Position numbers and translations under genes: made by a program. From positions 32,001 to 96,000 of the forward strand of contig JAOPTW010000008.1 of the NCBI GenBank assembly GCA_051532035.1: a DNA stretch of 64,000 nucleotides, given 5' to 3'. Positions 29,360 to 38,303 of the stretch are shown here, piece after piece. Origin of the DNA: Fibrobacterales bacterium (GTDB lineage: Bacteria > Fibrobacterota > Fibrobacteria > Fibrobacterales > JAOPTW01). Position 1 is the first letter of the stretch, and every line of letters begins with the position of its first letter. Under the pieces are notes generated by a model, which did not search any database, was not told the DNA's origin, and worked only from the letters and a program-made list of their open reading frames with translations.

Positions 29360-30838
29360 ATGATATTACGACTTATCATCCCATTTCTTATCTTCCTAGC
29401 CGGATGTGATCTTTTCAAATCAGACACAGCTTCAATGCAAGAATATTCATTTACCCAATCCATCTCTAACAACATCAAACTAGATAGTGTTCAATTCATT
29501 ATTACTATTAATGAAACACAGCAACCTATAAAAACCTACTACTCCAATATTATTCAACCAAACCCTCCGCATATTATATTCAATACATCAACGGGAGTAA
29601 ACTCTATTTTATTCTCATTTGAAGTAAATGAAGACGACAATATCTCAGTACAACACACCAGCTACTCTAAAGGATATGTTATAGTAAAAGGAGGAAAAGC
29701 ATTTATTGCCGGCCAAGCAGATGTAACAACAGACGATCCCACAGTAATAGTATCACCACTAAAAAAATTCATCAGTGACAATTCCTCTGAGCCTACCCTA
29801 ACCTATGATCTTTTTAGACAATATATTATAGACAGTTTGAGCTATAATCCTACAAGTGAATCTCAAAGCATTTATTCAATGCTCACCACTCAACATGAAT
29901 TCAGTAGTCATCTATCAGAAATTGAAACATCTTCAATAATTAATCAAATTTTAGACACTTTTTTCCTCAAACCAGTAACAGTTCAAAGCTACAACAATTA
30001 CATTAAAGTCCTCTCCCCTATGAATTTTGATTCCATCTATCTCTCTCGCTTTTATGAAAGTAAATATGATTTTAATAACCCATTATTTTCAGGACGCCTC
30101 ATCAAGCCAGACCCTAATACCCTTGTGTTAAAGGCGTCTAAAGAACTCAAACGTCAACAATCCAGCCAGACACCCTTTGCATCACTAACTATTTCCGGCG
30201 ACTCACTCTATGTTGCTCGCCTAGAAGTTACCCATGCTGATTTTTGGGGAAAGCTCGACCCAACTAGACTTGATGTTTCGTTGGCGCAATATCCCGTATC
30301 TAATATCACTTTTATTGAGGCAATCCAATACTGTAACCTATTAACTGTTACAGACACCCAAACATTGAGGTCTCCGGCCTACATCTATTCATCAGTAGAG
30401 GAGGTCGACGGCAAAAAAATATTTTTGCAAGCCGATGGCATTACTCAAGGCCTAATTATTGATACTGCCGCAAATGGATACCGACTCCCCACTCAATTAG
30501 AGTGGGAGGCTGCCTATGCGTACAACCTTCCCTATGAGGATGTATACTACTTTTGGGGAGATTCATTAAGTACTCAAAATCTCTCATTTGCTCATAGCTC
30601 AGGTATTATTCAGCCAGGAGGCATTCTCAACCCAAACCTCGCTGGTTTATATGACATTGCGAGTAATGTGGCCGAAATGACACATGCTACAGAAAGTAAC
30701 ATCACCCTCTCTACTGTTATTCGTGCAAAGGGCGGGTCATCTGCAGACATTAATCAACATGATATTAAGAGCTATTTAGATGTTGAAATGAATAAGCGGT
30801 ACCCTTATATTGGCTTGAGAATTGTGTACTCTCCGTAA
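29360..30838 (+). CDS. Lipoprotein with C-terminal FGE-sulfatase (SUMF1-like, C-type lectin fold) domain
   Basis: GGAG RBS; LAGC lipobox; EVTHADF, YPVSNITFIEAIQYCN, GYRLPTQLEWE, PNLAGLYDIASNVAEM, IGLRIV. Confidence 0.82.
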   Translation: MILRLIIPFLIFLAGCDLFKSDTASMQEYSFTQSISNNIKLDSVQFIITINETQQPIKTYYSNIIQPNPPHIIFNTSTGVNSILFSFEVNEDDNISVQHTSYSKGYVIVKGGKAFIAGQADVTTDDPTVIVSPLKKFISDNSSEPTLTYDLFRQYIIDSLSYNPTSESQSIYSMLTTQHEFSSHLSEIETSSIINQILDTFFLKPVTVQSYNNYIKVLSPMNFDSIYLSRFYESKYDFNNPLFSGRLIKPDPNTLVLKASKELKRQQSSQTPFASLTISGDSLYVARLEVTHADFWGKLDPTRLDVSLAQYPVSNITFIEAIQYCNLLTVTDTQTLRSPAYIYSSVEEVDGKKIFLQADGITQGLIIDTAANGYRLPTQLEWEAAYAYNLPYEDVYYFWGDSLSTQNLSFAHSSGIIQPGGILNPNLAGLYDIASNVAEMTHATESNITLSTVIRAKGGSSADINQHDIKSYLDVEMNKRYPYIGLRIVYSP

Positions 30839-31140
30839 TATTTATCAAACCAAAATAAGCTCCGAAGTCACTATTTCTAAAACAACTTCCATTGTATTAT
30901 TATCATTAAGCAATGTTTATTATACAACTCGTCATTATGCAACCCCCATAATACTTCTCTCATTAATTCCCTCCCTCTCTTCCTCTCGTTGAGAGTTCAA
31001 AGTGTCAAACAGCAGAGCCAGTCATTTTGCATATACAGACCTACAATACGTCACACCAGCGAACCTTGATCTGCCCTTTATGAGTTGTCCATTCTGACAT
31101 TATGTACACAGACTTATTATAATTATAATTTTTCATAAAT

Positions 31141-31168
31141 AAAAAAGCCCCTCGAATATCGAGGGGCC
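31141..31168 (-). terminator. Rho-independent terminator
   Basis: AAAAAAGCCCCTCGA-ATA-TCGAGGGGC. Confidence 0.8.
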
Positions 31169-31194
31169 TAAATTTTTAAAAATACTCAATGAAC

Positions 31195-32430
31195 TTATTC
31201 GCATTTACCTTTTGATTCACTCCAAGTTCTATCACCGCACCAAGCCGCTTCTTCATAATCATCTTCACCATCCCATTTATAGTAACGGAAAAACTCATAC
31301 TCAGTTGAAGCGTACTCGCCATTTTCTAAGTACCCATCTAGAGTTGCACCAGAAAGTGCAGTGAGTAACCAGAAGTTAAACATAATGTGGATTCCCTCAT
31401 CGGGGATAAGAGTTTTATCGGTAATTTCACGAAACTGAACACCATCAATATACCAAGCAACTCTCTCTGGAGTCCACTCAATCATATATTCATGAAATTC
31501 ATCATGAGCTTTATCATTAACGCCACTTGCAGCTTGAATCAAATCTTCATTTCCATCTTTAATAAGGTCATTATAGTTCTGAGCACCATCCCAATCAATT
31601 AAAAGGTTTGATGTTGGCTTACCTGAATATTTTGAGATCACCTCAATATCAATTTCTAACCATCTTTCATCACTTGGAATATTATAAAGGAACATAGTAG
31701 AAATATGATTTGGAGCATCTGTTTTAAACGACGATACAAAACGACCATACTTATATTTTCTATGTGACCGAATTTCTCCAGAAGAGTACTCTTTAGATCC
31801 AACAATTTTCCCACCAGGATCTTTTGCGGTCCTCTGATCCCAAGCAATACCACCTCTAGGATTATCACGAGTCATATTCAAGAGCAACTTGCCATCTTCG
31901 ACTGAAACATTTTCAGGTATAAACAGCACATCATTATCTGTCCAACTTCCATATGTTTTGCTCCACATACAGTTATCAAACGAATCAAACTCATCTGCAA
32001 TAACAAGAGTAAAGCCATCAAATGTATCATACTTTTCATCATCAACAGTTGGTGTTTCACATGCCGCAACATCTTCTTCAGAACTCTCTTCAGCTTCTGA
32101 TGATTCATCATTCCCTTCGGAAGACTCTACAATATCTTCTGAAGATTCGCTCGCAACATCTGACGATTCTATGGCCGTTTCTGATGATTCATTCTCTTTT
32201 GTATCAGAAGATTCTACAGCGCCAACTGATAATTCTTCAGCAGCATCTGATGAAGTAACGTCACCTCCAGCAGGTATGCCTTCAGATGAAACCATTGCAT
32301 CAGTTGATTCTTCTGCACTAGACTCGCTTGTTTCTGGAGTAGTGTTATCTGCGCTTTGACATCCAACAAACATCAATTGCGACCCTGCCAACACCAACAA
32401 TGATGTAATAAACCACTTTTTTAATTTCAT
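31195..32430 (-). CDS. GH16 glycoside hydrolase lipoprotein, copy 2
   Basis: FVGC lipobox, SSE-rich linker, SSGEIRS..YKYGRF, WLEIDIE, FHEYMIEWTPERVAWYIDG. Confidence 0.9.
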   Translation of the reverse strand: MKLKKWFITSLLVLAGSQLMFVGCQSADNTTPETSESSAEESTDAMVSSEGIPAGGDVTSSDAAEELSVGAVESSDTKENESSETAIESSDVASESSEDIVESSEGNDESSEAEESSEEDVAACETPTVDDEKYDTFDGFTLVIADEFDSFDNCMWSKTYGSWTDNDVLFIPENVSVEDGKLLLNMTRDNPRGGIAWDQRTAKDPGGKIVGSKEYSSGEIRSHRKYKYGRFVSSFKTDAPNHISTMFLYNIPSDERWLEIDIEVISKYSGKPTSNLLIDWDGAQNYNDLIKDGNEDLIQAASGVNDKAHDEFHEYMIEWTPERVAWYIDGVQFREITDKTLIPDEGIHIMFNFWLLTALSGATLDGYLENGEYASTEYEFFRYYKWDGEDDYEEAAWCGDRTWSESKGKCE

Positions 32431-32552
32431 TATTAAACCCCTAGATTATATGTGTTTTAAATGTGTGTGTATTTTGTGTGGTGTTAAAGATACGTTCAGA
32501 CCTTTCAATTCGCAAACACGACTTTCTTAAGTTGAGCACCTTCTTGAACTAT

Positions 32553-32574
32553 CTGTTTACAAGCTGTTTACAAG
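32553..32574. repeat. Perfect tandem 11-bp direct repeat CTGTTTACAAG x2
   Basis: Read directly; in the divergent promoter region between GH16 and the lipoprotein-barrel operon. Confidence 0.75.
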
Positions 32575-32695
32575 GCAGAATAAGGCCTCAAAGAGCACAG
32601 GTTAAGTCAAATTTTACTAGCCTTTTCTATTTGAATTACTTATTTATTTGGCAATACACAACACACACACGCACACAATACACTAAGGGTACACA

Positions 32696-33697
32696 ATGAA
32701 TATGTTAAAAGCTTTTGCTGCAACAGCACTTGTTCTCTTCCTTTCATCTTGTTATGAAACTCCGCTCTTTTCAGAGCCAGGAGGAGGACCGTATCAACTC
32801 ACATCCACAGACATACAAATTGCAGCCCCAGATGGTTCTGCACCAGAAGACAGTACATTTAATAGCGTCCAAAAAAAGGTGCCGGTTATTGATGTTCCAT
32901 TTATGGCTGATCATTACTTTATACCAGAAGGATGGCTCAACCCTCGCTATACTAACAACACATTAAGTGAAGAGAATCCTGAATTTGAAATGTATCTCCG
33001 TAAAGGAACCTGTAAAAATTCAGAATCTATCCACACAAAAAGATCAGTAACATATACACCCGACCACAACCTCTGCAACACCATTAACTATCACTCAATC
33101 GATGACACGTTGTATGTCGGCATGTACTGGCTCAACGATGCCAACTGGGGTACCGATGCACAAGGGACTGAACGGCCTGTTAATTTTAAAATATCGAGTG
33201 CCGCAAAAAAAGTAACATTTTGGTTAAGAGGCTCTACCAATGTCGATTCATTAAAGGCCTGTACAACTGATCCTCGTTTTATAGAAGTTGGTGAATGTGA
33301 CTGGCTTAGGCATTTAAATCTTGTTGTGGGTAATGAAACCAATGAAACAACCTATCCTGGCTTTACCAGTTATCCTCTTCAAAGCGCATGGTTTAATGCA
33401 CAACAAGTAGAACTCGATACGAAGTGGCATAAATACGAAATGGCTCTTCGCGAACAAAGCGGATATCACTGTAGCGAATTCGACCTCGACTGCGACCGGC
33501 AGCTCACCGGCTATGCAGCCGACTCGAGTAGCCAAACACAATTCAACGCTTTTGGCTGGCTGACCGCAACGTCTGTTACTCAAATTGTCGTTCCAGGGTA
33601 TCGCCTTGAGTTCAACATCGATAGCCTTATGTATACCGATGAAGAGATGACTGGAGAGGATCCTACTTTTAATGACATTACCCCAGGAGGCAACTAA
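32696..33697 (+). CDS. Lipoprotein with putative carbohydrate-binding (galactose-binding-like) domain, copy A
   Basis: LSSC lipobox, EPGGGP; VPF..DHYFIPEGW, GMYWLNDANWG, AKKVTFWLRG, WHKYEMALR, FGWLT, FNIDSLMY; aromatic-rich beta-sandwich pattern. Confidence 0.65.
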   Translation: MNMLKAFAATALVLFLSSCYETPLFSEPGGGPYQLTSTDIQIAAPDGSAPEDSTFNSVQKKVPVIDVPFMADHYFIPEGWLNPRYTNNTLSEENPEFEMYLRKGTCKNSESIHTKRSVTYTPDHNLCNTINYHSIDDTLYVGMYWLNDANWGTDAQGTERPVNFKISSAAKKVTFWLRGSTNVDSLKACTTDPRFIEVGECDWLRHLNLVVGNETNETTYPGFTSYPLQSAWFNAQQVELDTKWHKYEMALREQSGYHCSEFDLDCDRQLTGYAADSSSQTQFNAFGWLTATSVTQIVVPGYRLEFNIDSLMYTDEEMTGEDPTFNDITPGGN

Positions 33698-35658
33698 TGA
33701 AACATTTTCCTTTTTTACTCATCATCTTTAGCCTTACCATAGTTGTTCACACAGCCTTCGCCAACTCGTTCTCTTGTTATGGTGAAGCTGAAGGCATCTT
33801 TAAAAGCGCTGACCTCATAGATGCAGAAGTATTTGTCGAAGCACAACTCGACATCGAGAGTCAGCTTGTAGGACAACAGCTTTGTGTCGTTGCAGAACTC
33901 ATGAAACGCATCGGAGACCCACGCGCTTCTGAATATTACGAAAAAGCAATTGCACTTGACCCTGCCGAACCTGGCTGGGAGCTCTGGTATGCAAACTATC
34001 TTACTCAAGTACGTGGCTCAATGGTGCCCCTCAGAGAAAAAGGGAAGTGTCACTATCTCAATGCCATTACCAAGCTCAGAAACAAATATGACGGATCCCT
34101 TGATGAGCTATCTGATGTAGACGCCAATCTCTTTAGTTGGATACAACGCGGCTACAGTAAAATGTATCAAGAAGATGGTATCGCCCTCACCCCTTGGACA
34201 TGGTCGGCACGAAATAAACACCTCGACGTATCTGATTACATGCTTCCCAATGTTTTTATAACATACATCGACCGATTCACTCATGGACTCAGTGAATTTG
34301 ATAAGCCCGACTACGCACGGAGCCGTGCAAGCGAAGCAATCTGGGTGAAAGATGCACTCTGGAGAGATACCTTATCACAAAACGATCTTGAACGCATTGC
34401 AACGCACGACAATGGTTCAGATATCCACACTCGTTTAATACGAGCTCGATTACGCCACCCTATCATTAGTATTGATGCCTACGTTAAACAGACTTCAATT
34501 ACTAAAGGTATGATTTCTCGATCAATGCTTTTCAACAAAAAGCACCCTCTATATACCTACAATAACTGGGAAGACTTTAATGCAATCACCACACAAGATC
34601 TCGGCCTCCTCCTCCACAGAAGTTTTGATTTCTATCCCCTCTTTGACCTCTACTGGGAAGCCGGCGCAACATCTCAAGTGAACAAAGGGTTCATTGAGTG
34701 GTTCCCCAAAGAAAAAGGGTATGCAATGCAGTTTGACACCAAAATGAAGCTTTCACGGTTCATTGGCCCTAACAAACTGCAAGTTGAACTCTTTTATATG
34801 AATCAAAATATTCAAGACTATACCTATCCAACCACAGCGCACTGGAAAACTGACGCAAATCGTCATGTTTCACCTGGTATTACCCTCGAAAGAGATCGCT
34901 ATATGGCTGGAATCAAAGTGGATTTTGCACTGTATCAACCAATTCGATTTCCTTTTCAAGAAAAAGCACAATATACTCGTGGTTGGCACTGGTACGCCGG
35001 AATCATGTTTGACTCTGAACGCTGGTGGGCTGAAGATGATGGTATTTTAAATAGAACTACAGAGGATATTGAAGCTCTTGTTGATAATGGTGACTCAGCC
35101 CTACAGTCAATGCTCGATTCTTTACAAGAGAGTGAAAGCTATAGATCTACCATGCAGACTGAAATCACCAATTCACTCGATTCATCAAGAGCTATTGTTC
35201 AAAATACTGACGCCTATATTGGCACTCACCTCAAAGGAATTGGAAATTTTGACTTTCAATTACAGTACACATTCTTTTACACCAAACCCTATGTAAAAGA
35301 TTACACATTGTGGTCGGGCAAAGATGTACTTCAATACAATCAAGTATTTGGTCATATTTTATATCGAATCATTGATGAAGACGTTGTCCCTGGAATGCCA
35401 AACTACTCATTCATCTCACCTGTATTTTTACAGCTGGGATTCCCACTCTCTTATGACTTTGCCATAAATGGCCCTAAGGGGTATGAGAATAAATTTGATA
35501 CCTTTAAAGCTCAAGGTGAAGTTCAGATGAAGTTTCTTATTAATCCACTGGGGACGTACATAATACTGACTGCCGGAGGCGGGTATCAGTATTATACTAA
35601 TCTTGATACTGGATTTAAGCTGTATAGTGGGAGTGTAAATATGGGGTGGAAGTTTTAA
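33697..35658 (+). CDS. Uncharacterised TPR + predicted outer-membrane beta-barrel protein, copy A
   Basis: Signal peptide (AFA|NS); TPR-like ASEYYEKAIALDP; amphipathic strands; C-terminal FKLYSGSVNMGWKF fits a BAM beta-signal; TAATG overlap with the upstream gene. Confidence 0.7.
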   Translation: MKHFPFLLIIFSLTIVVHTAFANSFSCYGEAEGIFKSADLIDAEVFVEAQLDIESQLVGQQLCVVAELMKRIGDPRASEYYEKAIALDPAEPGWELWYANYLTQVRGSMVPLREKGKCHYLNAITKLRNKYDGSLDELSDVDANLFSWIQRGYSKMYQEDGIALTPWTWSARNKHLDVSDYMLPNVFITYIDRFTHGLSEFDKPDYARSRASEAIWVKDALWRDTLSQNDLERIATHDNGSDIHTRLIRARLRHPIISIDAYVKQTSITKGMISRSMLFNKKHPLYTYNNWEDFNAITTQDLGLLLHRSFDFYPLFDLYWEAGATSQVNKGFIEWFPKEKGYAMQFDTKMKLSRFIGPNKLQVELFYMNQNIQDYTYPTTAHWKTDANRHVSPGITLERDRYMAGIKVDFALYQPIRFPFQEKAQYTRGWHWYAGIMFDSERWWAEDDGILNRTTEDIEALVDNGDSALQSMLDSLQESESYRSTMQTEITNSLDSSRAIVQNTDAYIGTHLKGIGNFDFQLQYTFFYTKPYVKDYTLWSGKDVLQYNQVFGHILYRIIDEDVVPGMPNYSFISPVFLQLGFPLSYDFAINGPKGYENKFDTFKAQGEVQMKFLINPLGTYIILTAGGGYQYYTNLDTGFKLYSGSVNMGWKF

Positions 35659-35702
35659 CTAATATATCTTTTCAAAGCTACTGTTTTCCATTGTGATAAA
35701 AC

Positions 35703-35730
35703 AAAAAAAGCCACCCTTCTGGGTGGCTTT
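35703..35730. terminator. Rho-independent terminator
   Basis: AAAAAAAGCCACCC-TTCT-GGGTGGCTTT between convergent genes. Confidence 0.85.
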
Positions 35731-35754
35731 ATATTCATAATTATTGCCGTGCAA

Positions 35755-37059
35755 TTATCTTAACGGCATTATGCTCACAGGCTCATAAGATGGGTCTTGG
35801 TTTTCATCTTCGTCCCATCTCCAATAACGAACCCAATCATACTCTGCAACAACTGGAAAATCATTAATACCTTCAAGGAAAGAAGGCTGCCATAAGTTCA
35901 TCATTATTGAACAAGGTAATTCAGGAATTTTCATCTCATTGCTAGTTCCATCCGGATTTACAAATTCATTTTCATCACCTTTTTTATGCTGTCTAGTCTG
36001 AACTCCATCAATGTACCATGTGATACTTTCAGGTAACCAAACAAAAGCATATACATGAAATTTTCCATCATTTGGGTTCCAACCGTCAGGAGGAGTATTT
36101 TGCCCATCTGAATTTGCGCCAAATTCATATGCGAAATTAGGAGCATACTGATACACTTCATCGCCAACAATTCCATCGGTGTTAAAAATATTGGTAATAA
36201 GTGTTTCACTATAACCAGGATTATTCACGACTTCCACATCGATCTCTCTCCAAGTAGTTTTTCTAGGAGTATTATAGGCAAAAAATGTTGAAAAAGATCT
36301 ACCATTTGGATTAATTGGGGCTTTTAATCTAACTTCGTAACGACCATAGCGGAAGTCATTATTCCATGTTCTCATCTCACCACTTGTTGTTGTAGGGGTA
36401 ATAATAGTTGTTTCATTAGGAACAATAAATTCATCTTGTGCAATAGAAAAGTCGCCTGTTACGCCATCCTCATCCTTCATTATGAGTTTCATAATACCAT
36501 CTTCTATCACGATATTATCCTTTGCAAAGCGGGTTTGATTACCGGCAAAAGTACCACCATCACTCCAAGTCCAGATTGGATCCGGTGCTTCATCGTTATC
36601 ATCGAGCATAAATTCGCCAAATGGAATCTCACGATCAAATTCTTCTACCATATATAATGTATAGCCATCATGTATAGGTATTGTATCACACCCTGGACAT
36701 CTCCAGTTTTCACCTGTTGAACTTGTATCATCTTCAGAAGATGATTCTACAACAACAGATGATGATGAAACATCTATATCCGTCGATGATTCTTCAATAT
36801 CGGCAGATGACTCTCCATCAACAACTGACTGATTGTCCTCTGCAGATGATTTTTCATCTTCAGAGGACTCAACACCTGTTTGAGATCCTTCTGACGATTC
36901 ATCTTTCGCTACAGATGACCCATCATCCGATAAACTTTCAACAGATGATTCTTGGTCACTTGATACCTCTGCATCAGCATCTGGTGCAGATGAGTCTCCA
37001 AAACATCCGATAAATAATAATGCCATACTGGTAAGTGCAGCCACTTTAAATCTTTTCAT
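35755..37059 (-). CDS. GH16 glycoside hydrolase lipoprotein, copy 3
   Basis: FIGC lipobox, Ser-rich linker, TSGEMRT..FRYGRYEVRLKAP, WREIDVE, FHVYAFVWLPESITWYIDG. Confidence 0.9.
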   Translation of the reverse strand: MKRFKVAALTSMALLFIGCFGDSSAPDADAEVSSDQESSVESLSDDGSSVAKDESSEGSQTGVESSEDEKSSAEDNQSVVDGESSADIEESSTDIDVSSSSVVVESSSEDDTSSTGENWRCPGCDTIPIHDGYTLYMVEEFDREIPFGEFMLDDNDEAPDPIWTWSDGGTFAGNQTRFAKDNIVIEDGIMKLIMKDEDGVTGDFSIAQDEFIVPNETTIITPTTTSGEMRTWNNDFRYGRYEVRLKAPINPNGRSFSTFFAYNTPRKTTWREIDVEVVNNPGYSETLITNIFNTDGIVGDEVYQYAPNFAYEFGANSDGQNTPPDGWNPNDGKFHVYAFVWLPESITWYIDGVQTRQHKKGDENEFVNPDGTSNEMKIPELPCSIMMNLWQPSFLEGINDFPVVAEYDWVRYWRWDEDENQDPSYEPVSIMPLR

Positions 37060-37307
37060 CTCTTTCTCCTAATATACATGAAAAATCTTTTCAGTATTAA
37101 AGTAGATAAATATGTTAAGATTAAAAACTCCTTTTTCTTACTCTCAGTAATATATCATCTCCCCCTTTTCACACGGTAACCCCTTATATATCAACAACTT
37201 AACTTCAAGCAATGTTGCATATATTTTTAATTTTTTAGTAGCATTCAGGAGTATTTTTATCTATTTATAAAGCAAATGAAAATTAATCCATAAGATAAGG
37301 ATCTAAT

Positions 37308-38303
37308 ATGAAGAAAATAGTACTGTTGCTTAGTGCAGTAACTTCAATATTTACAGGATGTCTTCCTGAGCCAGGTGGTGGACCAGTATATTTACCAGAA
37401 ATAGAACAAAAGCTTGTTCTTGACACAATTGAATATACTCACAATGTATATGATACCATAACCAAAGAAACAGAAGAAATCACTGAAGAAATAGCCGTTA
37501 TCCCTGTTCCTTTTAATGTAGATGACTATTACACTGCTGAAGGCTGGATGGGTAACTATGAAAATACCAAGCTACAAAAAGGGCTCTGTGAAGCAGATAC
37601 TGCTTACACCCCAACTGATAAATACTGTGTTAAATTTAGAACAATGCCTTTCTATAGTAATAACCCAAGAACAGGTTGGGCTGGAATAAGCTGGTTAAAC
37701 AACTCAAACTGGGGCATTAAACATAGAGCTCATGAAGCACTTACTATTGGCCCAAATGCAAAAAAAGTTGAATTTTGGGCTAAATCAGCTCAGCCAAAAC
37801 GAAAAACATATCTCAATGAAATTGATGGTGAAGAAGCTGACGCTTATTCAATCACAAAAGGTGAAAAAGTTATCGACACAGAATATTATGAAAATAAGTT
37901 TATAGTAACTCTTGGTAACAACGAATTGACTAATTCATTTACAAGCTCACACATGATTTGTGTTAAAGATGTATGGAGAAAGTTTGAAATTCCTCTAAGA
38001 GATAGTATTATTGAATCTTCAGGAAGAACAATATATGACTACCTTGAACTTGGCGAACCACACATTCAAACAGGTCCTTTTAGTTGGGTCACCGCATTAT
38101 TTGATGTCCCTATTAATGACTCACTTGTATTTTTTATTGATAACATTCGATATTCCGATGAGGCTGTAGACTCAACTTATATACCATTTGAATCAAATCA
38201 TTCCGCCGCAAAAGACTGTGTTGATGGCGACAATTACAGAATGTCAAAAGAAGAGTATGAGGAAGCGCAGAACGAAGCTGACGAAGAAGGAGACGAAGAC
38301 TAA
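37308..38303 (+). CDS. Lipoprotein with putative carbohydrate-binding domain, copy B
   Basis: FTGC lipobox, EPGGGP; VPFNVDDYYTAEGWMG, WAGISWLNNSNWG, AKKVEFWAKS, WRKFEIPLR, FSWVT, FFIDNIRY; paralog of 32696..33697. Confidence 0.65.
   Translation: MKKIVLLLSAVTSIFTGCLPEPGGGPVYLPEIEQKLVLDTIEYTHNVYDTITKETEEITEEIAVIPVPFNVDDYYTAEGWMGNYENTKLQKGLCEADTAYTPTDKYCVKFRTMPFYSNNPRTGWAGISWLNNSNWGIKHRAHEALTIGPNAKKVEFWAKSAQPKRKTYLNEIDGEEADAYSITKGEKVIDTEYYENKFIVTLGNNELTNSFTSSHMICVKDVWRKFEIPLRDSIIESSGRTIYDYLELGEPHIQTGPFSWVTALFDVPINDSLVFFIDNIRYSDEAVDSTYIPFESNHSAAKDCVDGDNYRMSKEEYEEAQNEADEEGDED

Noticed and set aside
15092..30838. Diversity-generating retroelement targeting the FISUMP/FGE C-type-lectin domains or the duplicated adhesin heads
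   Set aside because: No reverse transcriptase and no non-coding template repeat in the window; differences between the duplicated heads are not adenine-restricted and both copies are coding.
33697..35658. SusC/TonB-dependent transporter call for the barrel proteins
   Set aside because: No recognisable plug or TonB-box motifs, the N-terminus is helical/TPR-like, and ~655 aa is short for SusC.
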